From: Dicyema japonicum
Taxonomy: Eukaryota; Animalia; Dicyemida
Assembly (NCBI GenBank): GCA_011109175.1
Contig: RDEW01000038.1
Coordinates: forward strand, 491,155 to 555,154
Direction: 5' to 3'
DNA: 64,000 bases
Shown: piece after piece, positions 39,440 through 50,678 of the stretch
Layout of the letters: each line of letters opens with the position of its first letter
How positions within the stretch are numbered: position 1 is the first letter of the stretch
The notes under the pieces: model-generated
What the model was told of the DNA's origin: nothing
The model's database searches: none
Seen by the model: only the letters and a program-made list of their open reading frames with translations
Program-made: the position numbers and the translations under genes

Positions 39440-40690
39440 TTTTGAAAAACCCTAGTGAACTAAAATACTTCTACAATCACCCTTAAGGACTTACTCAGAA
39501 TATGTTACTTCATCGCTGATAGTTATTGCCGGAGACTTTAACGCAATAGTTCGGATACAAAGTGATGGAGATGAATCGTTCATTGGCAGACATGGTCTGG
39601 GTGAAGAAACACTCTGGGAACACTACTGGCCAATTTCTGTCAAGTGAATTATTTCTTTTTGGAAACACTGCCTTTATGCATCCAGCTCGTCACATGAGCA
39701 CATGGACTCGGAAAACGAAGGTGTCTATATATACAATCAAATTGAGTACATCATTTGTCCGACGAAGGACAAAACCCTACTGCATGATGACGGCTCTTAC
39801 GGAAGGTTGATGATAAATAGTGTGACTATAAAATGGTTACTGGCAAGTTCTGCCTGAAAAAATTCTACATTGGCAGTAAGAACCCGAACCTAAGCTGATG
39901 CCACCACCTTACCATATCCATGCGTATATGATAAGCTCTGGTCTCGGTCACTGCTGGGTATAAATTACCAAAAGCATATTGAGAGCCACCTAAATACACT
40001 ACCGACTAATATGACTATAAAAGACCTATGGGACCAGACTAAAAGCATTATTTGCCTTGCCGCAAACACACACCATGGAGAGAGACAACGGACAGCTGGA
40101 AACATGTCACTGGGCACCCAAACTTTTTATTACTGGCAAAAAACAACGAGAAATATGGATAGAGTCTAAATACGATGGGTATGTACATAAAAACAGATTT
40201 CGAAGAGGAGTTCAAAGGACGTCTTTCTGTCCATTTAGAGTACTGGAGAAACTAAGGGACAATTCCAAATGTTCGCTGCAATCCGACTAATACGAGGAAA
40301 GAACAAAGTGACAGTACATGTTATGGATGGGAAAGGGAGANACTATAAAAGACCTATGGGGCCAGACTAAAGGCATTATTTGCCTTGCCGCAAACCACAC
40401 ACCTTGGAGAGAGACAACGGACAGCTGGAAACATGTCACTGGGCACCCAGACTTTTTATTACTGGCAAAAAACAACGAGAAATATGGATAGAGTCTAAAT
40501 ACGATGGGTATGTAAATAAAAACAGATTTCGAAGAGGAGTTCAAAGGACGTCTTTCTGTCCATTTAGAGTACTGGAGAAACTAAGGGACAATTCACAAAT
40601 GTTCGCTGCAATCCGACTAATACGAGGAAAGAACAAAGTGACAGTACATGTTATGGATGGGAAGGGGAGACTTCTTTCAAAACCAGACAT
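39440..40690 (+). mobile_element. RTE-like retrotransposon APE endonuclease region, with internal duplication
   Basis: IAGDFNA, HGLGE, NQIEYII..DY motifs. About 323-nt near-perfect duplicate joined at a single N (40342). Confidence 0.7.
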
Positions 40691-41468
40691 ATGTCACAAA
40701 GAGTGACAGTACACGAGTAACCACTAGTGTAACGCGTAGCGCTCGGTAACGCGTAGCGCCTGTGACATAATATAATTGATGCAAATTGACTGGTGTTGAG
40801 CTTTAATTGTTGCGGTCACTTTTTTAGCCTCAGAAAAGCGAACAGCATGAAAGAAGGGCTTAACCATCTAATTAAGTGATCCAGGTAGATCTAAAGGATC
40901 AAGACCTTTTGCTGTGCTCGTCCATTATACCCACAGCTTTTCTATTTAAATAAGTAAAGATTTTAGTTATTTCTATGCAAAATAAATTTTGTTTTAAATA
41001 AAAAATTTATTAACTTACTAATTTTCGCCCTAATATCGATTTTCGTACATTACTATGCCAGGTGGCGCCAACCTCCTCTTCCCTTTTGGCGCCGGGGAGC
41101 TTGAGTTACTAGCGTGCGTCTTGTGGTTCACCATCTCTGGTTGCGCAAGATGTTAAATCATACCCAAAAAGGACCATTAGTCAACAGCCATCCAAAGTAG
41201 TCCCCCCTGATACATCCTTCAAGTCCGAGCATGCGAAGACTGCTAAGAGAGGCCTGGATCATCTGATTTTTTTCATTTTGGCTATGGCGGTGTATTTCTG
41301 GTTCGATAATTTAATATAATTGTTGTTCAATAAATGTCATAAAGAAATATATTGACCAAATTCAAGTAATTGATTATCGATTAAATTTTAGTACCATATG
41401 CGACATTTTTTTTATTTAAATAATTTACGGCATCAATACTATCTTGACCACATAATGTTGATAGTTGA

Positions 41469-44112
41469 ATGACTGATTTTAACCCTTGTTGTGACTGGTT
41501 GCTCAGAATCGGGGTTATTTCTCGTTCAATCCGCGAAAATATCCAATCTCAAAGCGATTCTATTCAGCTGATAGAAAACGGGGAGATTATCTGCCATTTG
41601 GTCAATATTCTTGAGCCGGGACTTATTCAGGAGGTATACGACACTTCCATCAACTCAGAACAAGTTTACTTGGTCCTTAGTGGAGTTCTACATTTTAGCT
41701 AACATCGACAAATTCAGGAGAGCATGCATTGATTTCTTCAACATTCCCATCCCTGACGTTTTCTCTTTTGGAGATATGGTGTTCAATCCTAATAAAGTCC
41801 AGTCTCCCTTATTTTAGGTCTTCAGGACACTGTCTCTGCTTTCAAACACTAACTGTTCTTCCGCGATCACTGAGTAGTCGTTGGACTTATTCTAGGCCAT
41901 TTAATGTCAAAAAAGACGATTTCAAGGAGTCGACAAATTCAAAGTGCCTCCATACGTTCATTTATAGAGGGACAACAGTGCTGAGAGGAAGAAGTGCTAA
42001 TTTCTCGCGAAACTTGGATAAATGTGGGAACATCTACTACGAGACAGTGCTGGGAGCTACTAGGAGTGTAATAATATCCCCAAATGTAGGCAAAGGACGA
42101 GGAAAAGTCTTCCACTCGCTATGTATTCGAGGAACTGATGAAAATAGAGAGGATTTACTTCAATCACTTACAAAAGATCGTCAATGTGAGTATTCTAGCA
42201 TAATCTAAGGGGTATCTTCCGGCTATGAGGAAACTGGTCTCCGAGGACGACATGCAGTTGATATTTCCTAACATGGAGGTTAGTAGGCGAGAGAAGTATT
42301 TAAGAATTAGGAGATTTACATGCTACATCGAAGTCTCCTAGAACTCCTGGAAGCTGCCGACTCTTACGATGAGATTGTGAGGCTTTATTCCACGCACAGA
42401 AAATATTTTTATTTCTATGGAGAACTCGTGGCAAATACTCTTCAGTCTAAACTACTGATTCACAACCACAGGGAGTCGAACCCTGAGATTGACAAGGCCA
42501 TGAAGGTTGTTCCTTTCCACTACATTTAGTCATGTGAGAAGACATTTCACCTCAACAAAAACTATATCGGGGACCTGCTCACCTTTCCCATGCAGCACGT
42601 GCTCAGATATAATCTTATGTTAACTGTATTTGTAATATTTCACTATCCAGAGGGCTCACAAGGAATCTTTGGCCGAGAACATCAAAGTCCATCACTTGAA
42701 GGAGACCCAGGAAGCCTATAGCGTTGATATCCTTTTATCCCACAGGACCTCGCGGACTTTTTGAACACTTACTCGTGTAGTCTGACTCTAAAGAAACAAC
42801 CAAATTGCTGTGGAGAACGAGTTTGAATGTAAAACTAACATTTCTTAGAATTCATGAGATTGATCTGGTAGTTTTGCTAGATTTAGTTACAGCCTGAGGG
42901 GGACCCGTTTTGGATGTTTGGGGTGATCCAAAAGAGCGGTTTCTTACAACTAAAGACGTCCGGTCTCTTATCGAAGTCGAGGTACGTCTTCCTCGTAACT
43001 CGACTTTTGCTGATATCACGGAAAATGGTCAGTTGTGGGCTTATTTAGACTCAAGGATACCGATTCAAGGACTCTCTGCTGGTCTCCGACTTGACCTTGA
43101 AGAGACAGTCCTCGGTACTCCAATTTGTGACTTTAGAACTCTTTCATGTTGGTTGATAAACAGAAAAACTCTAAATTTGTGTTTTATGACAAATCAAGGG
43201 ATAATATCGACGACTGGGTCTTTAATATTCAAAAAATGATGTAATCCGCGGTTTAAGTTTAGAAACAAGTCTGTTGTTGTCGCGAAGGGTACCTCCTTTG
43301 TCCTCAAGTCATTCCCAACCCCAACATTTTGCTCAGTCTGTGACTATTTTTTAAAGTATTATTCTCCGATTCCTTCTCCTAGGGGATTGGTCAACCAAGG
43401 ATACGAAAATGAAGGTTACCATGATCTGTGAGTTTTAGACAACGGAAACGCGGTACACGAGGAGTGTATCGAGAAATCACTGGATCCATCAAAAGGTTTG
43501 CATTTCCGAGATATTTTTAGCCAGAAAACGAGGAGTTTTTGTTGAAAGACAATTTGGTTTGGAAAATAGTTATTTGCAGTGAAGATCATAACTATTCACA
43601 GTTATACAGGGTCCCGATCACCCCGGACAGGCTGAAGCCCTTGTTTTTCAACGCGGGACAAGAAATCACTGTTCAGACGACAAGTCCGAGGTCCAACTGG
43701 CTGAAGGTAGACGTAGTACTTAAATCAGGGATGGTTGGAGAATAAACATGGCTGGTTCCCCGCAGACAGAATAGGATCAGCGGATTTCTGGAAGATGGAG
43801 AGCAGTGACCATACCTCGGGGATATCAGATCACGGAAACTGTAGATCATTGGATCATTCTTTAGTGATTGAGTCCGACTCGAGGACTTGTGGAGACAAAA
43901 GGGTGGGCATTTGTAAAATTTATCGTGGATTCTGTGCTGATAACCCCGTATCTATAGCGATTGCCGTCAAAGATTATTACAGCAGCGAGCTCACTTTTAA
44001 AAAGGGAGAGGAAGTCGAAATATTGTGTCGTGGTGTTGAGAATGGGTGGTGGAGAGGAAAGGTTGGTGATCAGATTGGAGATTTTCCCGCAGCATTTGTA
44101 TTTGAGCTATAA
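41469..44112 (+). CDS. VAV: Vav-family Rho GEF: CH-DH-PH-C1-SH3-SH3 (no SH2)
   Basis: CH CCDWLLRIGV..ENGEIICHLVN..|FYILANIDKF. DH EELMKIERIY..GDLLTFPMQHVLRY. PH FMLVDKQ..DNIDDW. C1 TFCSVC..HEEC. SH3 NWLK|GW..GWFPADRI and final SH3 ELTFKKGEEV..GWWRG..GDFPAAFV. Many 21-29 nt introns, e.g. 41664-41685, 41797-41817, 41874-41895, 43707-43728. Confidence 0.88.
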
Positions 44113-44169
44113 TTTGATTGCAATTAATAAAATATATTTGAGTTTCCCCCCATTTTATATTTTTGGAGG

Positions 44170-45240
44170 GTGGAATTTTACGTTAACTGGCAGACTGAGA
44201 ATGACTCTACCAGCTGTCATAAATGATGACTTGTCGAAAGTCAATATGAATTCCTGAACTTGAGATTATTTCTCGAATGATGCTAATCCTTCTGTTCATC
44301 CTAGGTTTCATGATTATCGCTAAAATTCATCCTAACGTTCCTGCAGTTATGGGAATCTCTCTGGGAATGACCCGATGGAGTAGGATGTTGAATTGTTTTT
44401 TAAGAGCATCCTAGCACTGTCGCTACTTATCTTAGGTGGACCACGTAAAATTGTGCTAATAAGGAAGATAAAGAGAAGCCTTCGACCAAGTAGCCAGAAG
44501 GGGAATAAATTGGTAGATGAATTAAATTTTAACGACTTTTAATTGATCAGTTACATGTTGTACAGAGAAACGGAAGTAGACACGTCTACGCCTACACACT
44601 GGCTTCCGAGGTAGATAACTTTCGAATTAACCTGACAGGGGATAAAAACGGTATCTTCACCAGGGAAAGCTATGACCTATTAGAATAATATTAATTAGAC
44701 TGAGGGGGACACATCAAAATAAGGGATAAAATTTCGTTAAGAGCACGAGACTTCAACTCAAGTTACAATCTCTTCGCCAGTACTTTCCCTATTTTCTATT
44801 CCTTATTTCAATATACGATCTGAGTTTTCTTCTGATAACCACTAATCCTTATCTCAAAGACTTTTATAAGTAGGACTCAGTAAATGTCTGTCGCTCCCAT
44901 GTGTCAACTTTGACATGGTAGACAAACAGCGTACTCGTCCAGGTCATTACAAAAGGTATTTTCTGTCAATTCGTAGAGGTTCAAAAAGAACAGAAAACAT
45001 ATTTTGCATTACATAGTTTACGTACGTCTATGGAGAGGGATGGTGCCCAAATTGTAGACGACTCAGGTTTACCTGCATGTCCCCATGGAAGAGTGGATTC
45101 TGATTGGTCAATTGGAGGAGGCCATTGTTCATTATGATCGAGTCTTCAGATGGTTCTTGTAAAAACAAAATCGTGTATCTTTCAAACGACCCCGATCATT
45201 GGGGAGAGTACGGAAAGGGGGATTCAATAAAGTTTTGACA
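44170..45240. other. Probable unresolved multi-intron gene between Vav and FARS2
   Basis: Coding-like base composition and several GT..AG micro-intron candidates, but I could not build a consistent frame on either strand. Confidence 0.3.
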
Positions 45241-45266
45241 ATTTTATTATATTTTGTGTTAAATAA

Positions 45267-46518
45267 TCATCTTATTTCAATTCCAAATAGTTTGGTAGCT
45301 TCATTTTCAATATTTTGGTGAATATCCCTCACTTCGTCGTCCCGTAAGGCTCTGTACATATCTCGGTAGTAGAACCGGTAACAATATGACCGTCTCCCAG
45401 TCTTTGGATGGATGAAGTAGTCGATTAGTTCAATCTTTTCTATCTTTTCGTCCGAAAGATTGCGAGACATTTCGTAAAACTCGGTTTCAAGGAATTTCTC
45501 AGAATCTCCCAGCCAAAAGGACATATCGAAAATACACGGAGGATGCTTACTGAGTGGCTAGATCTAAGATTTCGAAGCAAACCTTAAATTTTATGCTCTT
45601 TCTGAAATCAAGAGTCTTGAATTGGTCAGTAAAACGAGGATCGTCGCTCCAAAAGAGGCGGATATCGTCGATTCCGTACAACTTCATGGCCAATCTGTCG
45701 ATTCCTATCCCAAAAGCCCATCCCCCAAATTTATCAACTGCCCCCGCTGCTTTATAATAAATCCTTATACCGTTTGCGAGTATCTCAGGCCGGAGAATTC
45801 CACAACCGAGGATCTCCACAAACTCCCCAGACTCGAATTCGATCATCAACTCCCATGAAGGGTCAGTAAAAGGAAAGTAGTCTTCTTTCCAGTGACATTT
45901 AGTCTCTAAAAAGAATAGTTAAATTCTACAACCTTTGCCGAAGATATCACGGACCAGTCTTTCCAAGGTGTTTTTGAGATCCTCCTCTAGGTTTATTTGG
46001 GAACTGAATAGTCTGACCCCCTCAACCTGGTGGAAGACAGGAAAATGAGTGGAATCCACAGTATCCTTTCTGTATACATCCCCAAATGTCAGAAAACAGT
46101 CAAGACCAGACTTAATTAAATCAGGTTCATGGGCTGTCGTGTGGGTCCTCAGAACATGGTCAGAGTTGATGTAGTATGTGTCTGAAGGACTTCTGGAGGG
46201 ATGCTCTGGAGGGATTAGGAGAAGATCAAAGTTCTGTGTGGGAGTGACCACGGGACTCAGATTGTCAATAACCGTGAATAAGGGACTGCCAGAAGACTTC
46301 ATGTAATTAAGGTGGAAGTGGGAGGAAATTCTCTGTTTTATTAGATTATGGGGGTGATTCGGCTTTGACAGCAATTTCTGGCCATCAACAAGTCGAATAA
46401 GTCTATCAGTAATGTTAGTCCAGTCGTCCCTGTGGTATTCTTTCCCATTGATGGAGATTAATCCGGCAGAATATTTTCTTAACATTTTATTGTTTGTTAG
46501 TGAATGCAACTTTAACAT
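45267..46518 (-). CDS. FARS2: Mitochondrial phenylalanyl-tRNA synthetase
   Basis: NHPHNLIKQRI, QNFDLLLIPPEHPSR, VLRTHTTAH, GDVYRKD..HFPVFHQVE, YFPFTDPSWE, EILGCG, GWAFGIGIDRLAM..DIRLFW, ferredoxin-fold anticodon domain DMSFWL..SYCYR. Introns 45906-45932 (27 nt), 45558-45582 (25 nt) and probably 45747/45750-45770 (24 or 21 nt). Confidence 0.96.
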
Positions 46519-46809
46519 TTTTTGATTATTTTATTTTTACATTTAAATTTAAATTTCAACATTAAATTATTTTTTATATATATTTGGTTATTTACTTCTT
46601 CGCCCAGTTGGAGTTGTGTCAAGAGGTGCTCAGTGCCCTGATAGGTTAAAATGAGCATTTCTCTCTTATACTACAATTGATCTTTTCATGGAGGAGTTCC
46701 ACTAATGCGGTTTTGGATAGACTTGTTTGTGATTGTAAAGACTTACCTCTGTAACGGTAATGATAGAAACTGGCTTATTTGTTTATTTTATTAACCCCGG
46801 ATACACCGA

Positions 46810-47095
46810 GAAAGCCGGGTTGCATAGTGGTTAGGTGTCGGGCTAAGTGGCTTAGGCTACGGGTTCGAATCTCGCTGCTGTTCACCTGGTGGAAGGTTCC
46901 ACGCATCTACGATGCCGTCATCAGTGGATACTCACTGCAGAACTGGATTGTCTAGAAAGGACATACACACAAGATAAAAAAAGAAGTGAAGATCATTCCT
47001 TGGTTCTACGATTAGTTAAAATTAACTGTTCCTTACTTAAATAAAGTGTGTGTCCTGCCTATGCGGAGCTATAAATATTATGGCTCATTGTGAAA
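46810..47095 (+). mobile_element. tRNA-headed SINE-like element, family C
   Basis: A-box-like TAGTGGTTA and B-box GGTTCGAATC. Head fragment repeated at 47518-47548. Tail shared with 32400-32500 and with the RTE 3' end at 25274-25292. Confidence 0.7.
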
Positions 47096-47114
47096 AAGCT
47101 TTTAAAAAATAAAA

Positions 47115-47425
47115 AAATACACCGAGAAAATAGTTAAAGTAAACAACTAATTAAGTGTATCCAATTTCCACTTCTACAAAAACAGAGTCCATCCGGAATC
47201 ATCGTAAAAGGAAGGTAAAAGACGTCCATAGTTGCAGTTGTAGAAACCCTCCAGTGGAGTGGGGAAAAGCAAATGAGCCTTTTTTGTACCGGCCTGGCAC
47301 TGGGCGCCACCTAGAAGCTGGATCACATGACGCCACTCTAATAGGAAGAGAGGAGGAACAGACGAACAAAACAGAAACATCAACCAATTAGCTACGAAAC
47401 CCTACATGGCACCACGCGGATACTG
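47115..47425 (-). mobile_element. SINE-like element, family A
   Basis: Closely similar to 50250-50570 (AACTAATTAAGTGTATCC, GAGTCCATCCGGAATCA, CCGGCCTGGCACTGGGCG, GGATCACATGACGCCACTCTAATAGG). Confidence 0.75.
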
Positions 47426-47763
47426 CTTATTAATTGTTAACCCCTTAGTGAATCCGAGGATAATAAAAGTAATAAAAATAAATTTCTCACGCCAATATAT
47501 CATTTTGTGAATGAATATTGGCTTAGGCTACGGGTTCGAATCTCGCTTCTGTCTTTAAAATATGCAATAGTTTTATGGGTTAACGTTGATAACATATCCA
47601 TGACACACTTTTTAAGAATTTGTAAAAAATCACATCCATAAACTGTGTCAATTACTAATAGTTTACGTATGTCAGCATAAGTATCAGAAATAAAATAATT
47701 TGAAAAAAATTAATTCAATATTTATAAAACAGAAAATCAAGAAAAACTAAATTTATAACAAAC

Positions 47764-47845
47764 GGCGATATGGCCGAGTGGTTAAGGCGGCGCACTCAAG
47801 ATGCGTTGGACTATGTCCGCGTGGGTTCGAGTCCCACTGTCGCTA
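47764..47845 (+). tRNA. trnL-CAA: tRNA-Leu (anticodon CAA), intronless
   Basis: Cloverleaf: acceptor GGCGATA/TGTCGCT, D-arm TGGCCGAGTGGTTAAGGC, anticodon stem GCGCA/TGCGT with CAA at 47797-47799, long variable arm, T-arm GTGGG-TTCGAGT-CCCAC, discriminator A, downstream T tract. Confidence 0.95.
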
Positions 47846-48913
47846 TTTTGCATTTTTTATAATTATTATTTTTGCTGATCCTTTAGTTTATTTATTTATC
47901 TTTTTTTAAGAAATAAAAATTTCTGGTGGAGCCAACTGTATGGTTTTCATACAGCAAAAATATCATTCGTAATTAGTGGTGTGGGAGTCAAATCCACGAC
48001 TAGTCGCGACACGAGTAACCACTACGCTATCTAATTTAAAAAAAATCCCAACTTCTCCAAGGAAAGCAGAGATATCCCGAACTTCTTTCCCAGCCGAAGA
48101 CGGATGATGTCCACATCGTAAACGAAAAAGTTACACTATGACAGCTCTATGGATAAGCGGTTATGAAACTATAATATCAGATGCGCTCCAATATCTTGTT
48201 ATATTCGAGGATTCGTATGGCACGTGTAGGTAGGTTTATTTAAAATAAGGTTATTTTATTTACGACTATAAAAATTAAATATTTTGGAAAATACTGTCCT
48301 TCCCTTGTCACCTTGTCTCTTTTGTGAAACAATGATTTTACAGCTAATCTAATAATTTATCCTCAGAACATTACTCATGTCTCTAAGAATCAGATTATGG
48401 CGGAGTAATCCTGGAATATAGTTTTGTCCTTGATCGCTTATTTTTGGTAAACAAAATTAGATACCTTTATTGTTAAAACAAAATAAACAAAAAAGTCATA
48501 CAGAGGCCGGTCTGCGTGACTATTTCCTCTCAGGATGGGGAATGAGATTCGCTCAAATAACCACCAGCGCTCTCGGGGATCGCTTATTTATACATTCTCA
48601 CTATAATTTTGCCATTGGTCGTATTTTTGCTTTATTTCAAAAGAAGCAAAAAGGAAGGATGAGAGAATCAGTGACAGAGAAATAAGGTTGAGTGTTAAAT
48701 CACTTTATTAATCAAATGAAGAGAAGACGAGATTTGAACATAGAGTATTGTGGTATGCGACGCTTTCCTACTTCCGAAATTTCGCATCCAGACTCTGATT
48801 TATCTAAAGGAGAGTTACGTCAACACATCTACTAACCACGTGGTAACTACCTATTATTATTATTATTACCCCAAGGATCACTGGGTCAAAGAGAAAGAAA
48901 TAAAAGTTATCAT

Positions 48914-50215
48914 CTAACTAAGTGATCCCAGACCGACAAAGGAGAGGACGAGTCCGGTGGGATCGAGAATCCTGAACAGCTCTTCTCATTAAACATGGCA
49001 TCGCCTCAAACTTTCTGTATGATTGTTGATAATTCGATAGTGTATGGAATAGAGGGCAGCTCGGTAAAATAGCCTTCTTTAAGAGTTTCCGTTGTAGTTC
49101 GATTAAGAAATTTTCAATGGGCTGGATCTTGTGTTCTGGTCCAATTTACCTTATTGCAGTCTCCTCGATTACGGATAGTTTCAATGAGGAAGATCGTGAA
49201 ATCTGCATTGCCCATGAAGGACCTGCATATGTCATCATGATCAAGTCTCCGCTTCGAGAGCCATAGTTCCAGCTTGTCAAGCATTTGTTGAGCGGACTGA
49301 GTCGCTGATTGAATGCTTCTGTCTTGGAGGCAAGAATGATATCGTCGGCATAGGAGAGGATTAGACAGTTTTCATTACAGGTTTGTGGCATGTCGTTTAT
49401 GTGGAGATTGAAGAGTTGGGGTGATAGTGGGAGCCTTGAGGGACTCCATTTGGGAAATAGCGAGATCTTGATTTGATGTTGTTGCAGAGTACTTGTGCTC
49501 GTCTTCCATTTAGGAAGTTTCCAAGCCAAAGTTTCAGGTTCGGATGATCTTGGTTTCAAATATTTTCTTTGTTAGAGTTTCCTAGGGACTGAGTCGAACG
49601 CTTTTGTGATGTCCACGGATATAAGTACTGTCCTTTGATGGGGTTTGGGGGAGTTAAATCCTACCGCAATGAATTGTGTGAGGGTTGTAAGGTGTGTTGT
49701 TGTCGAATAATTATCCCGGAATCCGTGCTGAGTCGGAGGTATTGAGATTGAGTCTTGTATTTTTTCCAAAACAAGCTTTTCAAGGATCCTTGAGACCGGA
49801 CTTAGAATAGATATTGGGTGATAGGAAGATGGTTCATCTATTGGTTTGTTGGGTTTTCAGATAGGTCTGATTAGAGACTTCTTCCATATTTCAGGGATTG
49901 TATTTGTGTTAATGGATAGGTTGAAGATGTAGGCTAATAGTTCCAGAGCTCGATGGCCTAGGTGCTTCAGTTCACATGTGGTTATGTCGTCTGGTCCTTT
50001 GGCCTCTGAGTTGTTGGCATGGCTCTGCGAACATCCTGACTAGTAAATAGGATCCAGTCATCGGAGCGTTTCGGTTCAATCTTTTTCAGGAATACTTGTT
50101 GTTCTTTTGAAAACTTCTTGTAGGATATAGACGTGTAATATTTTATCAGAGTGTCTGGTTTTATGTAGAATTCGACTTTTCTCTCTGGGGAGGATCTTTT
50201 GATGTTTTTGATCCT
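48914..50215 (-). mobile_element. Degenerate Jockey/I-like non-LTR retrotransposon with intact 3' tail
   Basis: QHGFRDNYST, SVDITKAFDSVP, PQGS.LSPQLFN, SYADD. Ends CTGGGATCACTTAGTTAG. Confidence 0.88.
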
Positions 50216-50249
50216 TTAATAACTTCCCAACGACCTAAAAATTTTAATT

Positions 50250-50570
50250 TAATTTATTAACCCCAGATACACCGAGAAAGAAGTTAAAGTAAACAACTAA
50301 TTAAGTGTATCCAGTTTCCACTTCTACAGAAACAGAGTCCATCCGGAATCAGCATAAAGGGTAAGACGTCCATTACATGCAGTTGTGGAAACCCCTCCAG
50401 TGGAGTGGGGGAGAGCAAATGATCCTTTTTCGTGCCGGCCTGGCACTGGGCGTCACCTAGACAGATGGATCACATGACGCCACTCTAATAGGAAGAGAGA
50501 GGAGGAACAGACAAGCAAGCAAAAAACTTCAACCAATTAACCACGCAGCACCACAGGGAGCCACGCGGCT
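50250..50570 (-). mobile_element. SINE-like element, family A
   Basis: Paired with 47115-47425. 3' end CTCGGTGTATCTGGGGTTAATAAA, which also occurs at 46790-46810. Confidence 0.75.
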
Positions 50571-50678
50571 ATATCGATGAGGCTGGCGACCTAAAAATGA
50601 TTAGGATAAATAGCTACAATAATAAATTAATTATTATTAAATAAATAAAATAAATAATATTAGTCTTTCTTGTTGATC

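Noticed and set aside
40010-40670. About 323-nt tandem duplication
   Set aside because: Single-N junction at 40342 inside an RTE relic. Probable assembly artefact.
41070-41098. 8-bp GC-rich hairpin GGCGCCAA/TTGGCGCC upstream of Vav
   Set aside because: Single short stem with no supporting context.
46810-46880. tRNA-like sequences at SINE heads (also 22870-22925, 60353-60420)
   Set aside because: A/B boxes are present but there is no complete cloverleaf. Called SINE heads, not tRNA genes.
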